The translations under genes and the position numbers were made by a program. The notes under the pieces were generated by a model, which worked only from the letters and a program-made list of their open reading frames with translations, was not told the DNA's origin and made no database searches. A stretch of 49,804 nucleotides of DNA from Octopus sinensis (Eukaryota): positions 1 to 49,804 of the forward strand of contig NW_021834355.1 of assembly GCF_006345805.1 (NCBI RefSeq), in the 5' to 3' direction. Positions 38,188 to 49,804 of the stretch are shown one piece after another (positions within the stretch are counted from its first letter, which is position 1; each line of letters starts with the position of its first letter).

Positions 38188-38190
<3 letters not shown>
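37815..38190 (+). mobile_element. SINE family B (head partly deleted)
   Basis: Family B arms with internal (TA)/(TG) tract. Confidence 0.88.
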
Positions 38191-38231
<41 letters not shown>

Positions 38232-38244
38232 GGGGAGACCCCCT

Positions 38245-38615
38245 TTCGTTACGCTAGCGCCTGCCATACGAGCACCAACAATTTGACCTCTTTGAAAGCC
38301 CCATAGATCTGTCATTTTATTGAATTTTAAAGAGGCGGCGAACTGGCAGAATCGTTAGCACGCCGGGCGAAATCGTAGCCGTATTTCGTCTGCCGTTACG
38401 TTCTGGGTTCAAATTCCGCGAGGTCGACTTTGCCTTTCATCCTTTCGGGGTCGATAAATTAAGTACCAGTTACGCACTCGGGTCGATGTAATCGACTTAA
38501 TCCGTTTGTTTGTCGTTGTTTGTCCCCTCTGTGTTTAGCCCCTTGTGGGTAGTAAAGAAATACATTTTAATGAATTTTAATTACCTTTTTCTAATGATAT
38601 CTGAAAAGAAACAGG
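38245..38615 (-). pseudogene. Tc1 transposase N-terminal relic split by a SINE A insertion
   Basis: MTDLWGFQRGQIVGARMAGASVTK; DNA matches 42597-42712. Confidence 0.75.
38331..38562 (+). mobile_element. SINE family A with 18-bp TSD
   Basis: CATTTTATTGAATTTTAA (38313-38330) and CATTTTAATGAATTTTAA (38563-38580). Confidence 0.92.
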
Positions 38616-38632
38616 CATATGTATATATATAG

Positions 38633-39030
38633 GGAGCGAGCTGGCAGAAACGTTAGCACGCCGAGCGAAATGCTTAGCGGTATTTCGTCTGCCGCTACGT
38701 TCTGAGTTCAAATTCCGCCGAGGTCGACTTCGCCTTTCATCCTTTCGGGGTCGATAAATTAACTACCAGTTAAGCACTGGAGTCGATATAATCGACTTAA
38801 TCCGTTTGTCTGTCCTTGTTTGTCCCCTCTGTGTGTCGCCCCAGTGGGCAGTAAAGAAATAGGTATTTCGTGTTTCATTACGTTCTGAGTTCAAATGTCC
38901 CTGAGGTCGACTTTGCCTTTCATCCTTTCGGGGTCGATAAATTATGTACCAGTTGCGTAATGGGATTGGTCTAATCGACTGGCCACCTCCCCCAAAATTT
39001 CAGGCCTTGTGCCTAGACTAGAAAAGATTA
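38633..39030 (+). mobile_element. SINE family A dimer (head-body-long tail-body-short tail)
   Basis: Second body starts at GGTATTTCG (~38862) and ends CCCCAAAATTTCAGGCCTTGTGCCTAGACTAGAAAAGATTA. Confidence 0.9.
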
Positions 39031-40470
39031 TATATATATATATATATATATAATCTGGATATTTTAGGGACTGGATGACAATGCTTTGGAACACAGACAT
39101 TTAATGAAGTGCTTCTACGAGAAGGTTAAGACTTGAAACATATCAGCTCCCATAACTTCCATTTGGGCTCGAAAAATATTGGAAATTCTGGTTTTAACCT
39201 TACTGTGAAATAGTGTGATGTGTTGGCATCGTTTTAGCTTGTGAAATGAAGTGTTTTGCTCAAGAGCACAACACTTCGCTCGAACTCCCAATCGCTAGAT
39301 TGTGAGCACAGTATACTAACCACAAGGCCAAGCGCCTTCACGAAGTGGTAGGGAAGAAGATAAATGGTTTATTATTAGAACTGATGGGCAACACAGCGGC
39401 CTACTCCTTCTACGGTAGCTTAACAATTGGAAATTAGAAAATACGAGGCGAACGCTTAAAACAACCGTAGGGACTCTGTTGAAGCAATATTTGGCTAAGA
39501 AATTTGGGCGGTTGATTAACTGAGGTAGCATCATCGCCATTAAGTTACAATGTATCAGGGATTATTGACTAATCTCGTTCCGGAATTTATGACACTAATG
39601 GCTTGTTGAGGGGAAACACTTGGCGGACATATTGACAGGTGTCGAGGTAGTAATAGAAATATGCCAACAGGAGACGGGATTGAGGAGGAAGATTCCCTTG
39701 AGGTGTGTCGTTACATCAGCCAAATCTCTCTTCCAACAGACCATTAGAATCATAAGTGACGGAACAAGATTTATCAATAATCCTTAAATGTCACTAACAA
39801 ATGACAGCTACACTGCCTAAGTTAACCAGCCAACCATCTAACTTTCTCTCTCTCTCGGCAGGCAAATAGCTCTTCTAACTACTTCGTATTCCCTATCTTC
39901 GTTTAAGATATTCAATCAGGGTTTCATTTATTTTTTTCATTCTCAAATTAACAAAACTCGAGAGGAGACTATTAGTTCTGCTCCCTTACATACTACCTTT
40001 AATAAATAATCATCCCCGGTGAGCCTTCTGATTCTTAGAGCAACCGTTTGTAGTCTTCGATAAGGATTGTTTCCTTGGCTAAGAGTTGTGATCAAGTGGC
40101 TAGAGTATTCGGCTCAAGTGAGTTCGATTCCCGGCAGTACGCTGTGGCCTTGAGCAAATCGTTTTATTTCACGATGCCCCAGTTCACTCAGCTGGCAAAA
40201 GTGAGTTGTGTCTGTTATTCAAAGGGCCAGCTTTGTCACATATTGTTTCATGCTGAATCTCCCCGAAAACTACGTTAAGAGTTACGCTTGTCTGTGGAGT
40301 GTTCAGCCACTTGCACGCTAAATTTCCCGAGCAGCCTGTTCTGAGGTTGGACCAACTGGAAACATAGTCGTTGTAACCGATGTCGTACGAATTAAATTAT
40401 CTAATTTGCATCTCGGTTTTTGTTTAAAACAATAGGGTTTTGATTATTAATGTAAGAATGTTGAAGATAG

Positions 40471-40632
40471 ACGTAGGAGTGGCTCTGTGGTAAGTAGCTT
40501 GCTTATGAACCACAAGGTTTCGGGTTCAGTCCCACTGCGTGACACCTTGGGCAATTGTCTTCTACTATAGCCTCGGGCCGACCAAAACCTTGTGAGTGGA
40601 TTTGGTAGACGGAAACTGAAACAAGCCCGTCG

Positions 40633-40693
<61 letters not shown>

Positions 40694-41029
40694 GTCTCAT
40701 TTATATCTATATATTGACCAACCATAAAGGGCTAATATTGGTAAAATGAGACATAATTATCGACATGGCCGAAACAGCTGTAAGATCTAATTCATACTTA
40801 TATTTATATTTACTTGTATTTATATTCTTTTTTATATATGTTCTAATTATTATACAACATTACTCTTTTATGTACACTTTTTTATGTACATTCCTTTATG
40901 TACACTGATTTGTTCTGCTTTTTATATTTAACCCTACAGTCTCTTATGTGGTGGTCTAATAAAGTATGTGATTGAGTATTATCTGGTAATTGATATTTGA
41001 TTTAGATGTATTTCTCCATTTTCTTATCT

Positions 41030-41074
<45 letters not shown>

Positions 41075-41346
41075 GTATGTATATTGTATGTATATGTACG
41101 TATGTACGTACGTACGTATTTATGTATGTATGTGTGTGTGTATTTTTTGTGTTTGTGTTTTCCCCCAACATCGCTTGACAACCGATGCTGGTGTGTTTAC
41201 GTCCTCGTCACTTAGCGGTTCGGCAAAAAACGACCGATAGAATAAGTACTATGCTTACAAATAATAAGTCCTGGGATCGATTTGCTCGACTAAATGCGGT
41301 GCTCCAGCATGGCCACAGTCAAATGACTGAAACAAGTAAACGAGAA
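40471..41346 (+). mobile_element. SINE family B with a ~340-bp insertion in its internal (TA)n
   Basis: Left arm 40471-40633, right arm ~41145-41346, unrelated AT-rich insert ~40691-41032. Confidence 0.88.
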
Positions 41347-41882
41347 TATCCTCCCAGGAATATATGAATTGTACAAATGACTACATTTAAATATTCGTGT
41401 GCGTGTGTATGTGTGTGTGTGCGTGTGTGTGTGTGTGTTGTGTGTGTGTGTAGTATCAACACATATTTACCCAGCAACTAAACCAAATGAACATTAACCG
41501 TCAATATTTATGTCAGAATGCAAGAATGGCGTTTAGGACAGACTTATGAAAATGTTTTGGGCAGGTAAAGGTTTAAACTATAATATTTAGTAAATAATTT
41601 GCAGCCAAATAAGTAATAAATAAATAAATTAATTAATTAATTAAAACAGAAGTTATTAATGTTTATGACTGTTGCAGACTTAAATACGCCGTTCCGTTTA
41701 ATAGAATCGACTTTACTTGGGTTTTTAGCCAAACACCCGTGATAAACGAGGATTGAAGTATGTGTAAGTATGCATGTGTCTGTATGTGTGTGTGTGCGTA
41801 TGTTCATTGATGTGTGTGTTAGTGTATGCCTATGTGTGTGTCAGTGTGTGCATCAACCGAGTGTCCTGTGCATCTCTTTACT

Positions 41883-42268
41883 CTTTTTCTCTTTTACTTG
41901 TTTCAGTCATCTGACTGTGGCCATGCTGGAGCACCACCTTTAGTCGAGCAAATCGACCCCAGGACTTATTCTTTGTAAGCCTAGTACTTATTCTATCAGT
42001 CTCTTTTGCTGAACCGCTAAGTTACGGGGACATAAACACACCAGCATCGGTTGTCAAGCGATGTTGGGGGGACAAACACATACACATATATATATGTACA
42101 TATATACGACGGGCTTCTTTCAGTTTCCGTCTACCAAATCCACTCACAAGGCTTTGGTCGGCCCGAGGCTATAGTAGAAGACACTTGTCCAAGGTGTCAC
42201 GCAGTGGGACAGAACCCAGAACCATGTAGTTCATAAGCAAGCTACTAACCACACAGCCACTCCTACGG
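41883..42268 (-). mobile_element. SINE family B, compact near-complete copy
   Basis: Complete head, short internal microsatellite, right arm. Confidence 0.92.
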
Positions 42269-42489
42269 CTATCACGTATAATATGCTGTATACATATATA
42301 CATTTGCCCTTGTTTTCATACGTTCTGAGTAGCATAAAGCTTTCTTAGGAGTCAAATCTCGTTCAAATCAATCTTGTTAGTTTAAAAATGAAAGGAAGAA
42401 CACATTGTATAATGTATTCCTAGGTACACTATGTCTGAATAAACGATTGAATAGTCAATGCTATGACCTCTTAGTACCTGATGCGTCAA

Positions 42490-42712
42490 CAAATTTTGTT
42501 TTTCTTCCGGAGCTTTGTTTCGACGAGGAGTTTTTCCCCTCTTTCTCAAAAGCTTTCGAGACAGTACTTCTTGATATACCAAATATTTCGGCTGTTTTCG
42601 TTACGCTAGCGCCTGCCATACGAGCACCAACAATTTGACCGCTTTGAAAGTCAGAAAGATCTGGCATTTTAATGAATTTTAATTACCTTTTTCTGATATC
42701 TGAAAAGAAACA
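42490..42712 (-). pseudogene. Tc1 transposase N-terminal HTH fragment
   Basis: MPDLSDFQSGQIVGARMAGASVTKTAEIFGISRSTVSK...SGRKTK (HTH and GRP-like linker). Confidence 0.8.
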
Positions 42713-43054
42713 GACATTTTGAAATAAATTGTATTTCGAAGGCCAAATGTTTGGAGTCCTACTCCCTACCCCATTCCTCAAACATAAAGAAAAAATAAAT
42801 TACAGTAATATACTGAGGTAAATCAACTCAAGCACTCGTCTCTGCATGCTTCTAAAGAAACTTTATCTAAATTTTTGCAGTGGCAGGAACGGAAGAGACT
42901 CAGACGATATGTTTTGTTTCGAGTAGTGCATAGGATTCGAAATTGCTGTTCATTTCATTCTCCAGGACCGATAAAAACAATACCAGTCATACACTGAGGA
43001 TGCTTCCATCGAATAGACTTCTCCTGCTTTGTGCCAATATGAGAAACCAACACT

Positions 43055-43452
<398 letters not shown>

Positions 43453-44145
43453 TTGGTCATACAAAGGAAAGATTACTCAATACATGTGGTAGAGTATATT
43501 TACTTTCGAAACTATTCATACCATTGGTTCCCAACTATTTTCAGCTTATGGACATCTTTGATCCCCACTTTTTTTTTTACTCGGGTGGACTCCCCAAAAC
43601 CATTCGATGTTTTAGAAAAATCCTCTTACATCTTTATAATTAAATATTATTAGCAATTGTATAAAAAAATGTTTGTTAAAATATCTGCAAGGCTTGGCAC
43701 GGCACCATCCACCAGGCTAAGAGCGCATTTAAGACAAACCATTGTATCAGCCTGGAGAAGCGGAGAATCCAAACGAGGGGTTGATTTAGGATGGGGACAA
43801 GCAGAATACAGACATTTCCTTGCGGCCGCTGTCAGAGGTCAAAACACTCACCGACGCGCATGTTCACGGGGTTAGCGAAGGGAACCCAACCTTTAAGTAT
43901 CTTCGTATCGAATTCGTCGCCATGGGAGATTATCCACTGCTGCCAGAACTACAGCAAACTCACCACTGTCACCACTAAGGCCACTACTATAAGTAATTCT
44001 TCACTCGTACGGAAACTACTACAAATACAATAACCAGAATTATACTAATCACCACCACTACCACTACAACTGAACTAGTGCTATCACCAAAACTACCATT
44101 GACGCAATATCCAGCGCTCTGTTAACCACTATAATCACCACAACC

Positions 44146-44375
44146 TATATCTTTACTACCCACAAGGGGCCAAACACAGAGGGGACAAACAAGGACAGAC
44201 AAACGGATTAAGTCGATTATATCGACCCCAGTGCGTAACTGGTACTTATTTAATCGACTCCGAAAGGATGAAAGGCAAAGTCGACCTCGGCGGAATTTGA
44301 ACTCAGAACGTAACGGCAGACGAAATACGGCTACGCATTTCGTCCGGCGTGCTAACGATTCGGCCAACTCGCCGC
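44146..44375 (-). mobile_element. SINE family A
   Basis: Reverse complement of head, body and long tail. Confidence 0.92.
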
Positions 44376-45040
44376 AACCATCACCTACACCATAACAAGC
44401 CATCACTGTCATTAAAGCTACCACCGATACGATACAATAGTCAAAACTGTATCCAGCATCTATCCTATCCGCTCCTCCAGCCACCACCACTACCACCACT
44501 GCTGTAATTAATGATGTTCTCATCACCAATAGCAACACCAGAAACATCAACATTGCCACCACCACCACCACCACCATCGCCTCTAGCATTATCACCAGCT
44601 CTAACACCAGCATCATCACCATTAACACGATCATCTCTAATACCAACATGACCAACATACTTTCAAATACATACACGCATGCGCACAAACTCGGTCACAC
44701 ACAACCGCACGCGCAGACATGCACACACAAGCGCATACATAAAAACTTTTGGAGACATATACACTCAATCACACAATTTTCTACACACAACCAGAAACTA
44801 TCCAACACACACACCAAAATATACATACAGATATGTACACGCTTATCCTTCCAATCCATTTATTTAATCAATTTAACAGACCGCCCCCCCTCCCAACCGC
44901 CCATCCTCCATCTGTTCCAACCACAGCTACAATCTTCTTATATTTTCCTCCACTCCCCACTCATCTCATAAATTCTATCTCTTATCAGCTCCTCATCTCA
45001 CTTCCCCTCCCCTTTTTCTCTTTCCTCCTCTCCCCTCCCT

Positions 45041-45109
<69 letters not shown>

Positions 45110-45403
45110 CTCACAATTTTCCTGCCAGTCTCGTACTTTTGCGGATCACCAACTTATCTATGTTTCTTTCCTGAACGAACGTACAAAAGAGAGAAACTCG
45201 GTGAGTGAGACTTAATAAATTAACATTTTTGGTGGAATAAAGAAATTCTAATGCATGTAATGAGTAATTCTTCCCCTGTTTGTACACCAAACACACAGAC
45301 ACACATAGACACACTCAATATGTGTATCATATATGTTTATATATACATAAACATATACATACATGCATATATATATATTTATATATATATATATATATAT
45401 ATA

Positions 45404-46676
45404 CGATCTTTAAAAGAAACGCAAGACAGAATGTCAAGAACCATTTGGTATGAGGTTTTCGTATTGTGTCAATCGCTTTCGCTTTTCAAACAGCTTTTCA
45501 AATACACGTGTTTTGAGAAACTGAAATCAGAAAAAGCGCTTAAAGCAATGCAAAAACTTCCTTCCCAAGTGTCCGTGTGATTCTCTTTTAAGATTCTTTT
45601 TTGTAATTAATAATTCTTTATTTGAGAGAATTGTTCTTCAAATTTTGTGACTGTATGAAGACCTTTTTGGAAAACCTCCAAAGAGGTTAGAAAAGCATGA
45701 ACACGTTCCTTAAATGTAATCAAGACATGGGGTGAGGTGATAACTCCGGTGTCTCAGTTACTTAGAATTAGGTGCGGACGAAACAGGAGAAAATTAGCAA
45801 ATTCTATTGAGTTGAGTCAAAAGTTTTGCCCTTTTTTGGTAACTTATTTGCTTTATTTGTCAAATTACTGCAAAAGCAGCTTTTGAATTCAATGTAAAAG
45901 CCATTGTGTTGCACCGTCTGAAGCCACTCTTCTGCCAGTTCTTTCATCCTACGCTGAGACCAGTTCCTGTTCTTCGTGGCGAAGAAATTCTTCACTGAAT
46001 CTTCCACCTCTTCTAGGTTGATATATATATATAATATATATATATATATTATATATAGACCGATCTTTAAAAGAAACGCAAGACAGAATGTCAAGAACCA
46101 TTTGGTATGAGGTTTTCGTATTGTGTCAATCGCTTTCGCTTTTCAAACAGCTTTTCAAATACACGTGTTTTGAGAAACTGAAATCAGAAAAAGCGCTTAA
46201 AGCAATGCAAAAACTTCCTCCCAAGTGTCCGTGTGATTCTCTTTTAAGATTCTTTTTTGTAATTAATAATTCTTTATTTGAGAGAATTGTTCTTCAAATT
46301 TTGTGACTGTATGAAGACCTTTTTGGAAAACCTCCAAAGAGGTTAGAAAAGCATGAACACGTTCCTTAAATGTAATCAAGACATGGGGTGAGGTGATAAC
46401 TCCGGTGTCTCAGTTACTTAGAATTAGGTGCTGACGAAACAGGAGAAAATTAGCAAATTCTATTGAGTTGAGTCAAAAGTTTTGCCCTTTTTTGGTAACT
46501 TATTTGCTTTATTTGTCAAATTACTGCAAAAGCAGCTTTTGAATTCAATGTAAAAGCCATTGTGTTGCACCGTCTGAAGCCACTCTTCTGCCAGTTCTTT
46601 CATCCTACGCTGAGACCAGTTCCTGTTCTTCGTGGCGAAGAAATTCTTCACTGAATCTTCCACCTCTTCTAGGTTG
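45404..46676. repeat. Near-identical tandem duplication (45404-46020 and 46061-46676), units bounded by (TA)n
   Basis: Only a 1-bp indel and one substitution seen by eye between the units. Confidence 0.95.
45805..46020 (-). pseudogene. Mariner transposase C-terminal relic with terminal repeat (also 46461-46676)
   Basis: EEVEDSVKNFFATKNRNW...MKELAEEWLQTVQHNGFYIE resembles the mariner C-terminus; TATTGAGTTGAGTCAAAAGTT is mariner-TIR-like. Confidence 0.75.
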
Positions 46677-46708
46677 ATATATATATATATATATATATAA
46701 TATATATA

Positions 46709-48321
46709 CAGTTGCGGCCAAAATGTTCAGAACGGCATTGTTTTCGTCAGAAAAGTAGGTATAAGTTTTTATTAAAGTTGTTTTATATTCTATAATTTTC
46801 AGAGACAATAAATACAATATTAATTGTTATTGTCTGAGATTTCTGTGTAATTTGAGAGGATAATACAAAAGTTATGGATGATTTAGGGATTTACTGCAAA
46901 ACCCATGGTGGCCAAGATGATCAGAACGGTTGAAAAAATATCAAAATAATCAAAAATGACAGAGAATACTGGAATTATTTAATATTTAGTGTGAAGCTCT
47001 TTAGCTTCAATCACACTTTGACATCTTCGACTGCATGAGGAAATTAAATTTTCAATTTCTTGCTGGGTGATCTTATTCCATTCTTCCTGAAGGGCATTCC
47101 ATAATTGCTCGGTTGTTTTAGGATTTCTGACTTTCGAACGTTCTCCTAGAATATTCCACACATTTTCAATAGGATTGAGATCTGGGCTTTGAGCTGGCCA
47201 ATCCATAACAATAACCTTTTCAGCCTGGAGGAAGTTCATGACCACCTTAGCCTTGTGACATGGGGCATTGTCCTGCATGAATATGGGTGGTCGCTTAGTT
47301 GAATTTCTCAGCACAGGCAAGACATGATCTTTTACAAGTTGTTTATAAACTCCTGCATTTAACTTTCCATGTAATCGCACCAAAGGGCCCGCACCATCTC
47401 CAGATATCATCCCCCAAACCATGACACTTCCTCTACCGAATTTAACACTAGTCTTAAGGCATTTAGGCGACAATTTTTCACCTACTTTTCAACCTACTTT
47501 TCCCATCTGAGCCAAACTTAGATTCATCACTGAAATGCACCGTTAGCCATTTTTCTTGAGACCACAACACATGTTCGGTTACAAAGGTAAGACGACCCTT
47601 TTAATTTTGGAGCTGATCAGTGGTTTCACTGCTGGTGATCTTGCTTGTAGGTTATGTTCAACTAAACGATGAGACAAGTTTTTCGAGATAACGTTTTCTT
47701 CAATACAATGCTCATTTCCCGAGAAACAGCAGCAGCAGTTTTAAATCTGTCCTTTTTAACCAACTTTACCATAGCACGATCTTCTCTCTTGGTCGTTTTC
47801 TTGGCCTATCTGTTAGACTTTCTTGCTTCACATGAACCACAATCATCGAAGACCTTAAGAATACCGTGAACAACACTTTTTGACTTGTTAACAATCTTTG
47901 CAATAGACCCAATACTTAAATTATCCTTCTTTCGAAGCTTAATAATCTGCTAACGAATTGATAACGGAGTAAGTGGCATTATATTAACAAAGTACACTGC
48001 AGATATTCTTACTAATGTTTAGTAAACGAACCGTCACGTAAATAAATTCAAAACATTAGAGTTCGCCGGTTAAATATACTAAAACATGGAGTAACATCAA
48101 CCTTTCTGATCATTTTGGCCGCCATGGGTTTTGCAGTAAATCACTAAATCATCCATAACTTTCGTATTATCCTCTCAAATTACACCAAAATCTCAGACAA
48201 TAACAATTAATATTGTATTTATTGTTTGTGAAAATTATAGAATATAAAACAACTTTGATAAAAACTTATATCTACTCTTCTGGCGAAAACAATGCCGTTC
48301 TGAACATTTTGGCCGCAACTG
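46709..48321 (-). mobile_element. Full-length Tc1-family DNA transposon (1613 bp), 225-bp TIRs, TA TSD
   Basis: TA-CAGTTGCGGCCAAAATGTTCAGAACGG...CCGTTCTGAACATTTTGGCCGCAACTG-TA; TIRs at 46709-46933 and 48097-48321. Confidence 0.96.
46979..47979 (-). pseudogene. DD34E Tc1 transposase with stops and frameshifts in the N-terminal half
   Basis: ATG at 47979 (MPLTPLSIR*QII...), FSDESKF, SVMVWG, QDNAPCH-(34 aa)-SPDLNPIENVW, C-terminal TKY. Confidence 0.93.
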
Positions 48322-48413
48322 TATATATGCATGTATGTATGATATATGAAGAAAAGATAGTAATAATGCGTTGTATGTTATATATATATATATATATTAT
48401 ATATATATATAAT

Positions 48414-48478
<65 letters not shown>

Positions 48479-48989
48479 CATAAAATTGTCGCTTTATTTT
48501 AAATTAAATATCATAATGATATACATTATATACAGTTATACAGTAATATACATACATATATATAAATATATACATATATATATATAAACCATAAAAAGCA
48601 GGATGTCTGAGAAGTGTATGTATATTTTTTAACCGCATGACTTCAATAGGATTATGGCCGTTTCGCATCCTCATTCGTGTAATGCTCATTTCAGTACTGA
48701 AGACATTATGTGTCCATGTTTTTGCTATACAATTGGATATTCACAAATTAACTCAAATAATGCCAACTCCTCAGACCGCCGGGACATCATGGTTGCACCA
48801 AGAATTCGGCTCTCAGATACCGATCAATGATACCAATCACATTATTATTTTAATTTTGTATTTATTTTATCGATATCAATTGGTCAAAATCGATTGGGGA
48901 CATGGTATGAACACAGACATGAACAACTTCAGAGGAAATATAAATGCCGATACATGCATACACATACCACATACGTCATACAGTCACAC

Positions 48990-49325
48990 ACACTCATATG
49001 CATACGTGCAGCCACCAAGTTAAAGCACAACTGGCCAGATATTGTCGTGAGGGATCACACGGAAGATATATGGCCTGTGTGAAGATCAGATGCCTTCTGG
49101 ACACGGATGTGGTTAGAAAAGTAGAAAAGAAAGAGGACATCTATGGACCATTGATGAGAAATTTGCAAATCCAATCCTCAAGATACTCTTCAAGTTTCAG
49201 ACCTATTATTATTGGGGCAACAGAATACATACCGACCCATCTGGAGCAAAGTATGGCTGAACTTGTGCCACGATATTTTGGCCTACAAAAATCTGCAAGA
49301 CTTTCTTGTGATTTAAAATCTTAAA
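48990..49325 (+). pseudogene. R4/Dong-like non-LTR retrotransposon relic (restriction-like endonuclease domain)
   Basis: KLKHNWPDIVVRD, then RKVEKKEDIYGPLMRNLQ...PIIIGA and terminal KICKTFL, matching the RLE pattern HNRPDIV...EKxxKY...PIxIGALG. Confidence 0.75.
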
Positions 49326-49524
49326 ATAAACTTAACAATGACAAATATATATAATTACGACCAACTTTGTACAACCTAGAATTTCTTGGTTTTTGTGTAA
49401 CGAACTCCTTAACCAGACAGCTAAAACTATCTAGTTAGAATTCACAAAAACATATTTCTTTGTGTAAATGTCATATATACATACATGCAAACCTAAATAC
49501 ATAAATACACAAAGATTTATAGAG

Positions 49525-49804
<280 letters not shown>

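Noticed and set aside
39521-39542. TGAGGTAG let-7 seed match
   Set aside because: Only 8 nt match and no precursor hairpin evident

Overview
Eukaryotic, AT-rich, non-genic (intergenic or intronic) DNA. The very dense microsatellites and the SINE repertoire look like a coleoid cephalopod, most likely Octopus (inference). No host gene, RNA gene or CRISPR array can be called, and almost all ORF-track entries are translated microsatellites or SINEs. The recognisable content is mobile DNA: a frameshifted CR1-like LINE (24067-26520), Tx1/L1-like LINE 3' ends inside a (GATA)n tract, a full-length but dead 1613-bp DD34E Tc1 with 225-bp IR/DR ends (46709-48321), relics of R4/Dong, RTE, Penelope, mariner and Tc1 elements, Helitron-, hAT- and TcMar-type non-autonomous elements, and at least four SINE families. 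Most notable: (i) several distinct minimal hammerhead-ribozyme motifs of Penelope type, two of them in a ~300-bp palindrome; (ii) the dominant young SINE shares its 3' tail with the Tx1-like LINE; (iii) different elements sit in different microsatellite types. All family assignments come from motif recognition by eye, not database searches.
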